From positions 23,316 to 87,315 of the forward strand of contig JAYZYX010000038.1 of the NCBI GenBank assembly GCA_036139795.1: DNA of 64,000 bases, read 5' to 3'. How positions within the stretch are numbered: the first letter of the stretch is position 1; each line of letters opens with the position of its first letter. The position numbers and the translations under genes are program-made. The stretch comes from Pseudomonadota bacterium. Its GTDB lineage: Bacteria > Pseudomonadota > Alphaproteobacteria > Rhodobacterales > Rhodobacteraceae. The notes beneath the pieces were generated by a model. It ran no database searches. It was not told the DNA's origin and worked only from the letters and a program-made list of their open reading frames with translations. Below, in pieces: positions 18,885 to 28,118 of the stretch.

Positions 18885-20159
18885 ATGAGTGGAATCAATG
18901 ATCTCCAGCAGGCAAAGGATCTGCCTGACCAATCAAATGATCATCGTTTGCGGGTTTTGCTTGTAGATGACAGTGCCATGCAAAGACGCATTCTTAGCGT
19001 CAGTTTACGCAAACAAGGGTACGAAATTATTGAGGCGGATAGCGGTCAGACCGCGCTAGAGCTGTGCAAAACCATGCCGCCTGACATTGTTCTGAGCGAC
19101 TGGATGATGCCCGGAATGGACGGGTTGGAGTTCTGTCGCCGCTTTCGCAAGATGGAAAAGGATGGATATGGCTACTTTATCCTGCTGACCTCGCGGACGG
19201 ATAAGGGGGATGTCAGTCACGGGTTGGATTGCGGGGCTGATGATTATTTGCCAAAGCCCGTTGTCTTTGACGAACTGCGGGCCCGATTGTCCGCAGGTGA
19301 GCGGATTGTTCAAATGCATCGCGAATTGGCGGAAAAGAACCGGCAGTTGTCGGGCGCTTTGTCAAAACTGCAAGAGCTGTATGAGGCGCAGGAAAAAGAA
19401 CTGACCGATGCCCGCCAGCTACAGCAATCCTTGGTGCCAGAGCGGTTCCGTGACTTTGGACAGGGGCAGATTTCTTTGATGCTTCGGCCTTCGGGCCATG
19501 TGGGCGGCGATCTGGTGGGGTTCTTTCCCAGCGCGCAGGATGAGGTGTTGATGTACGCCATCGATGTTTCGGGCCACGGGATCAGCAGCGCACTGATGAC
19601 GGCGCGACTGGCGGCTTATCTTTCGCCCGGCCATCCGGCGATGAACCTTGCCATGCAAGAGGGGCCAGCGGGGATTTTCCGCGCCAGCGATCCCCATGCG
19701 GCCGTGGGCCGGATCAACGAACGCCTGCTGTCGGATATGCAGACCGACCACTATGCCACGATGGTTCTGGCCAGCCTGAACCTGCGCACGGGGCAATTGC
19801 GCCTGTGTCAGGCGGGCCATCCCCATCCCATCATCCACCGCGCCTCTGGCCGGATGGAGCAATTGGGGCAGGGCGGTCTGCCCGTCGGTCTGTTTGACGG
19901 GGCTGAATTCGAAACGGTGGAAACGCGGCTCGATCCCGGTGACCGGCTGTGGATTCTGTCTGACGGGATTTCAGAAAGCACTGATCGGGCGGGGGATTTT
20001 CTGGGGGATGTGCGGACCAGCGAACTGGTCCGGATGCTGGGGGATATGCCGACAAATACCGCACTGGACGGGCTGATGTGGCATCTGGCCGATCACGCAG
20101 GCTCTGAGGATTTCGGCGACGATATCTCGGCCATTCTGTGGAACATGCAGCGCCTATAG
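18885..20159 (+). CDS. Response-regulator receiver fused to a PP2C/SpoIIE-type serine phosphatase
   Basis: The REC domain motifs are intact (LLVDDS, LSDWMMPGMDG, LLTS, PKP). The C-terminal PP2C motifs are also present (GGDLVGFF, DVSGHG, SDGISE, DDISAI). Confidence 0.85.
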   Translation: MSGINDLQQAKDLPDQSNDHRLRVLLVDDSAMQRRILSVSLRKQGYEIIEADSGQTALELCKTMPPDIVLSDWMMPGMDGLEFCRRFRKMEKDGYGYFILLTSRTDKGDVSHGLDCGADDYLPKPVVFDELRARLSAGERIVQMHRELAEKNRQLSGALSKLQELYEAQEKELTDARQLQQSLVPERFRDFGQGQISLMLRPSGHVGGDLVGFFPSAQDEVLMYAIDVSGHGISSALMTARLAAYLSPGHPAMNLAMQEGPAGIFRASDPHAAVGRINERLLSDMQTDHYATMVLASLNLRTGQLRLCQAGHPHPIIHRASGRMEQLGQGGLPVGLFDGAEFETVETRLDPGDRLWILSDGISESTDRAGDFLGDVRTSELVRMLGDMPTNTALDGLMWHLADHAGSEDFGDDISAILWNMQRL

Positions 20160-20621
20160 GCGGTCGATCACATGCCGGACAAAGGCGCGGTCGCCGTCAT
20201 TGTCCATGATCTGGGGGGCCGCAGGAAGAGGCACCCAAATCGCGGTGTGGCTTTCCTCGGTCGGGGGGCCAAGGGGACGGATCGGACGGGCCAGATAGAT
20301 CATGCAAATCTTCTCGGCCCAGAGGTCATAGTCCGGCATGTAGACGAACCGCTTGTAGGTTCCGATCCGGCGCGGGGTGGAAATGGTCCAGCCGGTCTCT
20401 TCGTAAACCTCCCGGTGCAGGGCCTGTACGGGGCTCTCACCCGCATCAATGCCACCGCCGGGCAGCTGGAATTCAGGCTCGGGCTCGGCCTGAAATGTCA
20501 TCAGCATTTGCCCGCCCCGCACCAGAACCGCATAGGCCCCCGGTCTGCGCGTATAGGAAATGTCAGAGCGGCGGGGCGCACCAAATCGTTGCATTCTGGA
20601 AATCCTGCATGAGGGAAACAT
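20154..20621 (-). CDS. NUDIX hydrolase
   Basis: Nudix box GGGIDAGESPVQALHREVYEETG. The gene converges on and overlaps the previous gene by 6 nt. The start is uncertain. Confidence 0.8.
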   Translation of the reverse strand: MFPSCRISRMQRFGAPRRSDISYTRRPGAYAVLVRGGQMLMTFQAEPEPEFQLPGGGIDAGESPVQALHREVYEETGWTISTPRRIGTYKRFVYMPDYDLWAEKICMIYLARPIRPLGPPTEESHTAIWVPLPAAPQIMDNDGDRAFVRHVIDRL

Positions 20622-20713
20622 GGATTATTGGCACCATAGCCCTTTGGTCCGGCACTTGTAGCCCCTATATGGGCGCGGTATGCCCAAACCGATCCGCGTA
20701 AGGGAACCCCACT

Positions 20714-21712
20714 ATGCAAGTGAACAAAATTGCCTGGGACGACACTGTTCTGCCGTTCCAGCTGGACAAAGCCGATATCCGCGGGCGCGTTGCCCGCCTT
20801 GACGGGGTGCTGGATGGCATTCTGAAGCAGCACGACTATCCCGCGCCGGTCGAAGCCTTGGTCGCCGAGATGGCGCTGCTGACCGCACTGATTGGCCAGA
20901 CCATCAAACTGCGCTGGAAGCTGTCGCTTCAGGTGCAGTCGAATGGCCCTGTGCGCATGATCGCCACCGATTACTACGGCCCCGAAAAAGAGGGCGAGCC
21001 CGCCCGCATCCGCGCCTACGCCAGCTATGACGCTGATCGTGTGGATGCCAAAGCTGCGCCCATGTCGTTGATCGGCAACGGCTACTTTGCCGTTCTGATC
21101 GATCAGGGTCCCGACATGCAGCCCTATCAGGGCATCGCGCCGCTGAACCGCGATTCTCTTTGTGCCGCGGCACAGGGCTATTTCGCGCAGTCCGAACAGC
21201 TGCCCACCCGTTTCCACGTGACCTTCGGCAAATCCACCGAAGCGGGCGGTGTGGAACATTGGCGTGCGGGCGGCGTGATGTTGCAGCACATGCCCAAAGC
21301 CTCGCCTTTTGCCAGCGGCGAAGGTGGCTCGGGCGAAGGTGGTGTGCTGATGGCCCACGATCTGGTGGACGGCGATGACGCCGAAAACTGGAACCGTGCC
21401 AACATCCTGCTGGATTCGGCAGAAGAGCTGGAAATGATCGGCCCAAGCGTATCGCCCACCGATCTGCTGTACCGCCTGTTCCACGAAGAGGACGTGCGGG
21501 TCTATGACGCGCAGCCGGTGAAATTCGGCTGTACCTGCTCGGAAGAGCGGGTGCGCAGCAGCCTGTCGATCTATTCGCGCAAGGACATCGCCACGATGAC
21601 CACCGAAGAAGGTCGCGTAACTGCGGATTGCCAGTTCTGCGGTGCCCATTACGATCTGGACCCCGCCACCCTTGGCTTCGAAGCCGAGAAGCCCGCTGAT
21701 GGCGGGGAATGA
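20714..21712 (+). CDS. hslO: Redox-regulated chaperone Hsp33
   Basis: 332 aa with the C-terminal zinc centre CTC...CQFC. Confidence 0.9.
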   Translation: MQVNKIAWDDTVLPFQLDKADIRGRVARLDGVLDGILKQHDYPAPVEALVAEMALLTALIGQTIKLRWKLSLQVQSNGPVRMIATDYYGPEKEGEPARIRAYASYDADRVDAKAAPMSLIGNGYFAVLIDQGPDMQPYQGIAPLNRDSLCAAAQGYFAQSEQLPTRFHVTFGKSTEAGGVEHWRAGGVMLQHMPKASPFASGEGGSGEGGVLMAHDLVDGDDAENWNRANILLDSAEELEMIGPSVSPTDLLYRLFHEEDVRVYDAQPVKFGCTCSEERVRSSLSIYSRKDIATMTTEEGRVTADCQFCGAHYDLDPATLGFEAEKPADGGE

Positions 21713-22295
21713 TCTGAAACAGACCCTATTGGCGGCCCTGTCGAAACCGGCAGGGCCGTCGTCTGACTTTGACTTGAACCCTTCGGTCGTTTTGCCCGAA
21801 GGCCGCAAGTTGCGGCCCGCAGCGGTTCTTCTGGCGTTTGAGCCGACGCATGCGGGCGGGCGGCTGTGGCTGACCAAACGCTCATCTGCGCTCAAGCACC
21901 ACCCGGGCCAGATCGCGGCCCCCGGTGGCAAGCAAGACCCCGAAGATGCCGATCTGACCGCCACTGCGCTACGTGAGGCGCGGGAAGAGATCGCGCTGCC
22001 CTCTGAAAATGTGGAAATCCTTGGGTCGCTGCCCGCGCATGAAACAGTGACTGGCTTTGCCATGACCCCGATCGTAGGGCTTTTGCACACGCCTTTTACG
22101 CCGAAACCCGAGGCGGGTGAGGTGGCCGAGGTCTTTCACGTTCCCTTTGATCATGTGACCGATCCGGCCCGTTTTCTGATCCAAGGCCGCCGTTGGCGCG
22201 GACAGCGCCGCCACTACTATGCGGTGCCCTATGGTCCCTATTATATCTGGGGTGCAACGGCGCGGGTGCTGCGCGGCTTGGCAGAGAGGATGTGA
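21699..22295 (+). CDS. nudL: CoA pyrophosphatase-type NUDIX hydrolase
   Basis: The segment LTKRSSALKHHPGQIAAPGG precedes the Nudix box (ALREAREEIAL), which is typical of the NudL/PCD1 subfamily. I used the internal ATG. Confidence 0.75.
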   Translation: MAGNDLKQTLLAALSKPAGPSSDFDLNPSVVLPEGRKLRPAAVLLAFEPTHAGGRLWLTKRSSALKHHPGQIAAPGGKQDPEDADLTATALREAREEIALPSENVEILGSLPAHETVTGFAMTPIVGLLHTPFTPKPEAGEVAEVFHVPFDHVTDPARFLIQGRRWRGQRRHYYAVPYGPYYIWGATARVLRGLAERM

Positions 22296-23452
22296 TGCAG
22301 GTTACCGGCGAATGGCTAATACGGGATGAAACGCAGGCAGTCTGCGCCGCGCTGGTCGATGCCGGTTATCAGGCATGGTTCGTTGGTGGCTGCGTCCGTA
22401 ATGCTCTGATCGGGGCGCCTGTGGATGACATCGACATCTGCACCGATGCACGTCCCGAAACTGTGATTGCGCTGTCCGAGGCCGCAGGGCTGAAACCTGT
22501 TCCGACAGGCATTGATCACGGAACTATCACGGTGGTTTCCGGCGGTATTCCCCATGAGGTGACCACCTTCCGCCGCGATGTGGAAACGGACGGGCGTCAT
22601 GCGGTCGTGGCGTTTTCCGACACGATGGATGAGGACGCAGCGCGGCGCGATTTCACCATGAACGCCCTTTACGCGGATCGCACGGGCGCTTTGGCCGATC
22701 CTTTGGGCGGGTTGCCGGACCTTGAGACGCGGCACGTGCGCTTTATTGGCGATCCCCAGCAGCGCATTCGCGAGGATTACCTGCGTATCCTGCGGTTCTT
22801 CCGGTTCTCGGCTTGGTACGGTGATCCGGCGTTGGGCATGGACCCCGAAGGATTGGCGGCTTGCGCGGCCTTGTCGGACGGGATCGAAACCCTTGCCGCC
22901 GAGCGGATCGGGGCCGAGATGACCAAGCTGCTGCGTGCCGCCGACCCCGCGCCTGCGGTTGCGGCGATGGCGCAGTCAGGTGTGCTGTTGCAGGTGTTGC
23001 CCGCTGCTGATCATACCGCCCTTGCGCCGCTGGTGCATCTTGAGGCGCAAGCAGGCCAGACCCCCGATCCGATGCTGCGCCTTGCCAGCCTTGGCGGGCA
23101 GGATGTGGCGGATCGTCTGCGTCTGTCCAAAGCAGACGCCAAACGGCTGGAAGCCTTGCGCACTTGGGCGCTTGAAGGGCAGCCGCCCCATGAAGCGGGT
23201 TATCGTCTTGGTGCTGACATGGGTGCGCGGGCAGTGGTTTTGCGTGCAGCGCTGATGGGCCAGCCGGTCAACCCGACCGATCTGGATAGCGTAGCCAAAG
23301 GCGCGGCGGCGCAATTCCCTGTAAAAGCGGCTGATCTGATGCCCGAATACACCGGCGCACAGTTGGGTCTGCGGCTTAAGGCGCTTGAAAAGCGGTGGAT
23401 CGAGGCGCAGTTTACCCTCAGCAAACAAGATCTTTTGAACGCTCCCGATTAA
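22295..23452 (+). CDS. cca: CCA-adding tRNA nucleotidyltransferase / poly(A) polymerase family protein
   Basis: The GGCVRNALIG...DDIDI head-domain motif is present. The start overlaps the nudL stop (TGATG). Confidence 0.8.
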   Translation: MQVTGEWLIRDETQAVCAALVDAGYQAWFVGGCVRNALIGAPVDDIDICTDARPETVIALSEAAGLKPVPTGIDHGTITVVSGGIPHEVTTFRRDVETDGRHAVVAFSDTMDEDAARRDFTMNALYADRTGALADPLGGLPDLETRHVRFIGDPQQRIREDYLRILRFFRFSAWYGDPALGMDPEGLAACAALSDGIETLAAERIGAEMTKLLRAADPAPAVAAMAQSGVLLQVLPAADHTALAPLVHLEAQAGQTPDPMLRLASLGGQDVADRLRLSKADAKRLEALRTWALEGQPPHEAGYRLGADMGARAVVLRAALMGQPVNPTDLDSVAKGAAAQFPVKAADLMPEYTGAQLGLRLKALEKRWIEAQFTLSKQDLLNAPD

Positions 23453-23513
23453 CCGTCACGCTTTCTCGCCAGACTTCGGGCACTATAGTTCATCCCGAAC
23501 AGAGTTGAGACAT

Positions 23514-25370
23514 ATGCTGCGGTTTTTCGAAAACCTCATTGATCCCTATGCCCCCTATGAGGAACCCGACCAGCCTCCGCGCCGCGTTAGGGACTATCTG
23601 TGGTGGCTGTCGCAGCCCTTCAAACGGGTCTTTGCCTTTGCCGGTCTGGCAGCCATATCGGTCGCCGTTGTCGAGATTTGGCTGATCTACTACATGGGCC
23701 GGCTGGTGGATCTGCTACAGGGCGATCCGCAGACTTTCTGGGCTGATCACGGGCTAGAGGTCGGTCTGGTGGCGCTGTTCATCCTGACCCTGCGCCCGCT
23801 ATTTCAGGCGCTGGATGTGGCGCTGCTGAACAACGCGATCCTGCCGAACTTTGGTACCATCTTCCGTTGGCGGGCGCACAAACACGTGTTGCGCCAGTCC
23901 GTCGGCTGGTTCGAGAATGACTTTGCCGGTCGCATCGCGGGGCGGATCATGCAGGCCCCACCTGCCGCCGGAGAGGCGGTGTTTCAGGTCTTTGACGCGT
24001 TGGCCTTTTCCTTTGCCTATGTGGTGGGGGCGGCGGTTCTGCTGGCGGACAGTGATCTGCGACTGATGCTGCCGCTGTTGGCGTGGTTGGGCCTTTATCT
24101 GCTGCTGGTCCGCTGGGTGATGAAGCGCATCGCGCCCGCGTCCAAGGCCGCTGCGGACTCGCGCTCGAAGATTTCGGGGCGGGTGGTGGACAGCTACTCC
24201 AACATCCAGTCGGTCAAGCTGTTCGCCCATCACGACCGCGAACTCGACTACGCCTATGAGGCGATCGAGGATGCCCGCCGCACCTTCCAGACCGAGATGC
24301 GCCTATACACCATCATGGATCTGGCGCTGGTGATCCTGAACGGTTTGCTGATCGTCGGCGTTGTCGGTTGGGCGCTGTATCTGTGGACTGTGGGCTCGGC
24401 CACCTTGGGGATTGTCGCGGCGGCAACCGCGCTGACCCTGCGCCTGAACGCGATGACTGGCTGGATCATGTGGGCCGTTAGCAGCTTTTTCCAACAGCTT
24501 GGCGTGGTGGATGAGGGGCTAGAAACCATTGCCCAACCCATCGATCTGGTGGACCGTCCCGATGCGCAGCCCTTGCAGCTGCGCGAAGGTTTGATTCAGG
24601 TGAAAGACCTGTCGCACCACTACGGCAAGGGCCAAGGCGGCTTGGATCACATTAGCCTGACCATCCAACCGGGGGAAAAGGTGGGTCTGGTGGGCCGGTC
24701 GGGGGCCGGAAAATCCACTCTGATCAAGTTGCTGTTGCGGTTCTATGACGTAGAACAGGGACAAATCCTGATTGACGGGCAGGATATCGGCGCGGTGACC
24801 CAAGACAGCCTGCGCGGGCAGATCGGCATGGTGACGCAGGACAGCAGCCTTATGCACCGCTCGGTCCGGGATAACATCCTATACGGCAAGGCCTCGGCCT
24901 CTGAGGCAGAGATGGCGCAGGCCGCGGCGCAGGCTGCGGCGGATGTGTTTATCCCGACGTTGGAAGACCCCGAGGGCCGCACCGGCTATGACGCCCATGT
25001 GGGCGAGCGCGGCGTGAAATTGTCGGGCGGTCAGCGGCAGCGGATCGCGCTGGCGCGGGTCTTCCTGAAGAACGCGCCCATTCTGGTGCTGGATGAAGCC
25101 ACAAGTGCGCTGGATTCAGAGGTTGAGGCGGCAATTCAGGAAACGCTCTACCAGATGATGGAGGGTAAGACGGTGATCGCCATTGCCCACCGTTTATCCA
25201 CGATTGCCCAGATGGACCGGATCATCGTGCTGGATCAGGGGCAGATCGTTGAAGACGGCACCCACGAGGCGCTGCTGACCCAAGGCGGCATCTACGCCAG
25301 CCTTTGGACGCGCCAGTCCGGCGGGTTTCTGGGCCGCACGCCAGATGGCGAACAAGAGGGCGCGCGATGA
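23514..25370 (+). CDS. ABC exporter half-transporter (TMD-NBD fusion), subunit 1
   Basis: Six-helix TMD followed by Walker A GRSGAGKST, signature LSGGQRQR and Walker B ILVLDEATS. Confidence 0.85.
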   Translation: MLRFFENLIDPYAPYEEPDQPPRRVRDYLWWLSQPFKRVFAFAGLAAISVAVVEIWLIYYMGRLVDLLQGDPQTFWADHGLEVGLVALFILTLRPLFQALDVALLNNAILPNFGTIFRWRAHKHVLRQSVGWFENDFAGRIAGRIMQAPPAAGEAVFQVFDALAFSFAYVVGAAVLLADSDLRLMLPLLAWLGLYLLLVRWVMKRIAPASKAAADSRSKISGRVVDSYSNIQSVKLFAHHDRELDYAYEAIEDARRTFQTEMRLYTIMDLALVILNGLLIVGVVGWALYLWTVGSATLGIVAAATALTLRLNAMTGWIMWAVSSFFQQLGVVDEGLETIAQPIDLVDRPDAQPLQLREGLIQVKDLSHHYGKGQGGLDHISLTIQPGEKVGLVGRSGAGKSTLIKLLLRFYDVEQGQILIDGQDIGAVTQDSLRGQIGMVTQDSSLMHRSVRDNILYGKASASEAEMAQAAAQAAADVFIPTLEDPEGRTGYDAHVGERGVKLSGGQRQRIALARVFLKNAPILVLDEATSALDSEVEAAIQETLYQMMEGKTVIAIAHRLSTIAQMDRIIVLDQGQIVEDGTHEALLTQGGIYASLWTRQSGGFLGRTPDGEQEGAR

Positions 25371-27193
25371 AGATTTCAGACTGGATCGACGCATTCAAAC
25401 CCGCAGACGGCCCGCCGCCGCAGACGCTGTGGCCGTTCTTGCGGTGGGCGATGGCAGGGGCGTGGCCAGCGGTCATCGGGGCATTCACCCTGTCGGCGCT
25501 TGCTGGCGCGACCGAGGCAGGCTCGGCCTTGGTGCTGGGTCTGCTGGTGGATGCGGCGGGAACCTCGATGGATGTGTTTGATGCGGGGCATATGGCTGTG
25601 CTGGTGGGGGCGGTGGCCTTTTTCATCCTGCTGCGGCCTTTGACCTTTGGCCTTTCGGCAGCCGCCAACAGCGTGATCATCCAGCCTAATGTGAACCCGC
25701 TGGTTCTGTCGCGCCTGAACCGGTGGACGCTGGGGCAAGAGGTGTCGTTCTTTGACGATGACTTCGCGGGACGGCTGGCGCAAAAGCAGATGCAATGTTC
25801 GCGGGCCACGACCGATGTGGTCTCCGAATTCGTCAACGTGATCGCCTTTTCGCTGGCCTCTTTGTTGGGGTCGGTCTTGCTGTTGGGGGCGATCAGTTGG
25901 TGGGTGGCGCTTCTGCTCGCTGCGTGGCTGGGGGCCTATTTTGCGCTGATCCGGTACTTTATTCCCCGCGTGCGGGGGCGGTCCAAGGCGCGGGCCTCGG
26001 CGCGGGCGATGGTGACGGGGCAGGTGGTGGACACGATCACCAATGTCAAAACCGTTAAGCTCTTTGCCCATGACCGGTATGAGGACAGCGCCGCGCTGGA
26101 TGCGATGCGTACGTTCCGCGACAAGGCGCTGCATATGGGCCATCTGGCGGCTGCGTTTCGTGCCTGCCTGATGCTGCTGGCTGGCGTCCTACCTGTGCTG
26201 CTAATCGGGGCGACCATGGTGTTGATGCGTGGCGGACAGGCAAGCGCAGGGGATATTGCGGCGGCTGGGGCGATCTCAATCCGGATTGCGCAGATGACTG
26301 GCTGGGTCAGTCACACGCTGATGGGAATGTACGCCAATATTGGCGAGATCGAGGACGGTATCCGTACCCTCACCCCTGCGCGGCGGATCGAGGATGCGGA
26401 AGGTGCGCCTGATTTGGTTGTGCCACGCGGTGAGATCGTCTTTGACGATCTGCGTTTTGGATATGGTCGCCGGACGGGCGGAGTGCAGGGCATTGATCTG
26501 CGGATTTCCGGTGGCGAGAAGATCGGGATTGTGGGCGCCTCTGGTGCGGGAAAATCCACGTTGGTGTCGTTGCTGCTGCGGCTTTATCAGCCGGAAGGCG
26601 GGCGTATTGTGATTGACGGTCAGGATATCTCGGCCGTGACACAGGAGAGCCTGCGGCGGCAAATCGCGATGGTCACGCAGGATACATCTATGTTCAACCG
26701 CTCGGCGCGTGACAACATATTGTATGGCCGGCCGGATGCCAGCGAGGCTGAGTTGATCGCCGCGACCGAAGCCGCCGAGGCGCTGGAATTTGTAGGCCGT
26801 CTGCGTGATTTCGCGGGCCGAGAGGGGTTCGAGGCCCATCTGGGTGAACGCGGCGTAAAACTGTCAGGCGGTCAGCGGCAGCGGATTGCACTGGCCCGCG
26901 CCATTCTGAAAGACGCCCCTATTCTGGTGCTGGACGAGGCCACCAGCGCGTTGGACAGTGAAGTTGAGGCCGCCATTCAATCGGCGTTGGAGCGGGCGAT
27001 GGCGGGAAAGACAGTGCTGGCCATCGCGCACCGCTTGTCCACCATCGCGCGGATGGACCGGATTGTTGTGATGGATGATGGGCGTGTGCTCGAAGAGGGC
27101 ACCCATCAGGCCTTGCTGGCGCAAGACGGGGTCTATGCGCGCCTTTGGGCGCGGCAGTCCGGTGGGTTCCTTGGCTTGGAAGCGGCAGAGTGA
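25367..27193 (+). CDS. ABC exporter half-transporter (TMD-NBD fusion), subunit 2
   Basis: Paralogous architecture with GASGAGKST, LSGGQRQR and ILVLDEATS. The ATGA overlap with subunit 1 implies a heterodimeric exporter. Confidence 0.85.
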   Translation: MKISDWIDAFKPADGPPPQTLWPFLRWAMAGAWPAVIGAFTLSALAGATEAGSALVLGLLVDAAGTSMDVFDAGHMAVLVGAVAFFILLRPLTFGLSAAANSVIIQPNVNPLVLSRLNRWTLGQEVSFFDDDFAGRLAQKQMQCSRATTDVVSEFVNVIAFSLASLLGSVLLLGAISWWVALLLAAWLGAYFALIRYFIPRVRGRSKARASARAMVTGQVVDTITNVKTVKLFAHDRYEDSAALDAMRTFRDKALHMGHLAAAFRACLMLLAGVLPVLLIGATMVLMRGGQASAGDIAAAGAISIRIAQMTGWVSHTLMGMYANIGEIEDGIRTLTPARRIEDAEGAPDLVVPRGEIVFDDLRFGYGRRTGGVQGIDLRISGGEKIGIVGASGAGKSTLVSLLLRLYQPEGGRIVIDGQDISAVTQESLRRQIAMVTQDTSMFNRSARDNILYGRPDASEAELIAATEAAEALEFVGRLRDFAGREGFEAHLGERGVKLSGGQRQRIALARAILKDAPILVLDEATSALDSEVEAAIQSALERAMAGKTVLAIAHRLSTIARMDRIVVMDDGRVLEEGTHQALLAQDGVYARLWARQSGGFLGLEAAE

Positions 27194-27218
27194 GTGCTGT
27201 TTGGCATCAGTTGCGCCG

Positions 27219-27251
27219 CCTCCGGCGGAGGTATTTTTGCCAAGATGAAAG
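27219..27251. repeat. Intergenic repeat copy R1: GC palindrome plus GAGGTATTTTTGCCAAGATGAAAG
   Basis: CCTCCG-g-CGGAGG is followed directly by TATTTTTGCCAAGATG. It matches the copy at 58981-59004 at 22 of 24 positions. Confidence 0.6.
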
Positions 27252-28013
27252 TCAGAGGTAGCCCTCGGACCGGAAGCTGAGTTCGCATGATTTTCCGACG
27301 ATGATGTGATCGTGGAGGGTGAGGCCGAGGGCCTGCGCAGCCTCTTCTATTTTTTGGGTCATGGAGATGTCGGACTGGCTGGGGGTTGGATCGCCAGAGG
27401 GGTGGTTGTGCACCAGGATGAGGGCGCTGGCGTTCAGTTGCAGGGCGCGTTTCATCACTTCGCGCGGATAGACGGGAACGTGGTCTACGGTGCCCTTGGC
27501 TTGCTCTTCATCGGCCACGAGGACGTTTTTGCGGTCCAGATAGAGGACGCGGAATTGTTCGGTTTCCCGGTGGGCCATTGTGGTGTGGCAATAGGCGATG
27601 AGGGCCTGCCAGCTGCCCAGAAGGGGGCGCTGGATGACGCGGGAGCGGGCGAGACGGTGGGCCGCAGCCTCAACAATTTTGAGTTCAAGGATGACGGCAG
27701 GGCCGCAGCCTTTGGTTTCGGCGAGGCGTTCCCCTGGAGCGGAAATGACATGGTTGAAGTCCCCGAACCGGTCCAGAAGGGTGCGGGCGAGGGGTTTTAC
27801 ATCTTGTCTTGGGATTGCGCGGAACAGGATCAACTCTAGCAATTCATAGTCGGGTAGCGCGTCTGCGCCACCCTCCAAGAAGCGCTGGCGCAGGCGATGG
27901 CGGTGGTCTTTGATATAGGACGGGAGCCGTTTTGCCTCTGGCAGGGCTGCTGGTGCGGCCTCATCCATAGCGAAAAGCGAGAGTGATTCCTGAAAGGCGT
28001 TCGGGTCTGACAT
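27252..28013 (-). CDS. radC: RadC-family JAB-domain protein
   Basis: Contains the JAMM-like motif [14 protein letters not shown] and an N-terminal HhH-like region. Confidence 0.85.
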   Translation of the reverse strand: MSDPNAFQESLSLFAMDEAAPAALPEAKRLPSYIKDHRHRLRQRFLEGGADALPDYELLELILFRAIPRQDVKPLARTLLDRFGDFNHVISAPGERLAETKGCGPAVILELKIVEAAAHRLARSRVIQRPLLGSWQALIAYCHTTMAHRETEQFRVLYLDRKNVLVADEEQAKGTVDHVPVYPREVMKRALQLNASALILVHNHPSGDPTPSQSDISMTQKIEEAAQALGLTLHDHIIVGKSCELSFRSEGYL

Positions 28014-28060
28014 ATGGGAAGGGTGCCCCCGAACTGGTTAACAAACGGTGCATGGCCGCG

Positions 28061-28090
28061 AAAAGCAAACGCCCGCCGGTGAGGGCGGGC
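28061..28090 (-). terminator. Intrinsic terminator of dnaK-dnaJ
   Basis: On the minus strand, GCCCGCC-ctcacc-GGCGGGC is followed by GTTTGCTTTT. Confidence 0.6.
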
Positions 28091-28118
28091 GCTGCAAATT
28101 GTTTCATGTGAATCAGGA

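Noticed and set aside
20501-22090. 529-aa ORF antisense to hslO and the Nudix genes
   Set aside because: It overlaps three supported genes on both strands and its sequence is low-complexity. It is a shadow ORF.
25194-25202. DnaA-box-like TTATCCACG
   Set aside because: It is a single 8-of-9 match inside the ABC transporter coding sequence, with no cluster of boxes and no AT-rich unwinding element nearby.
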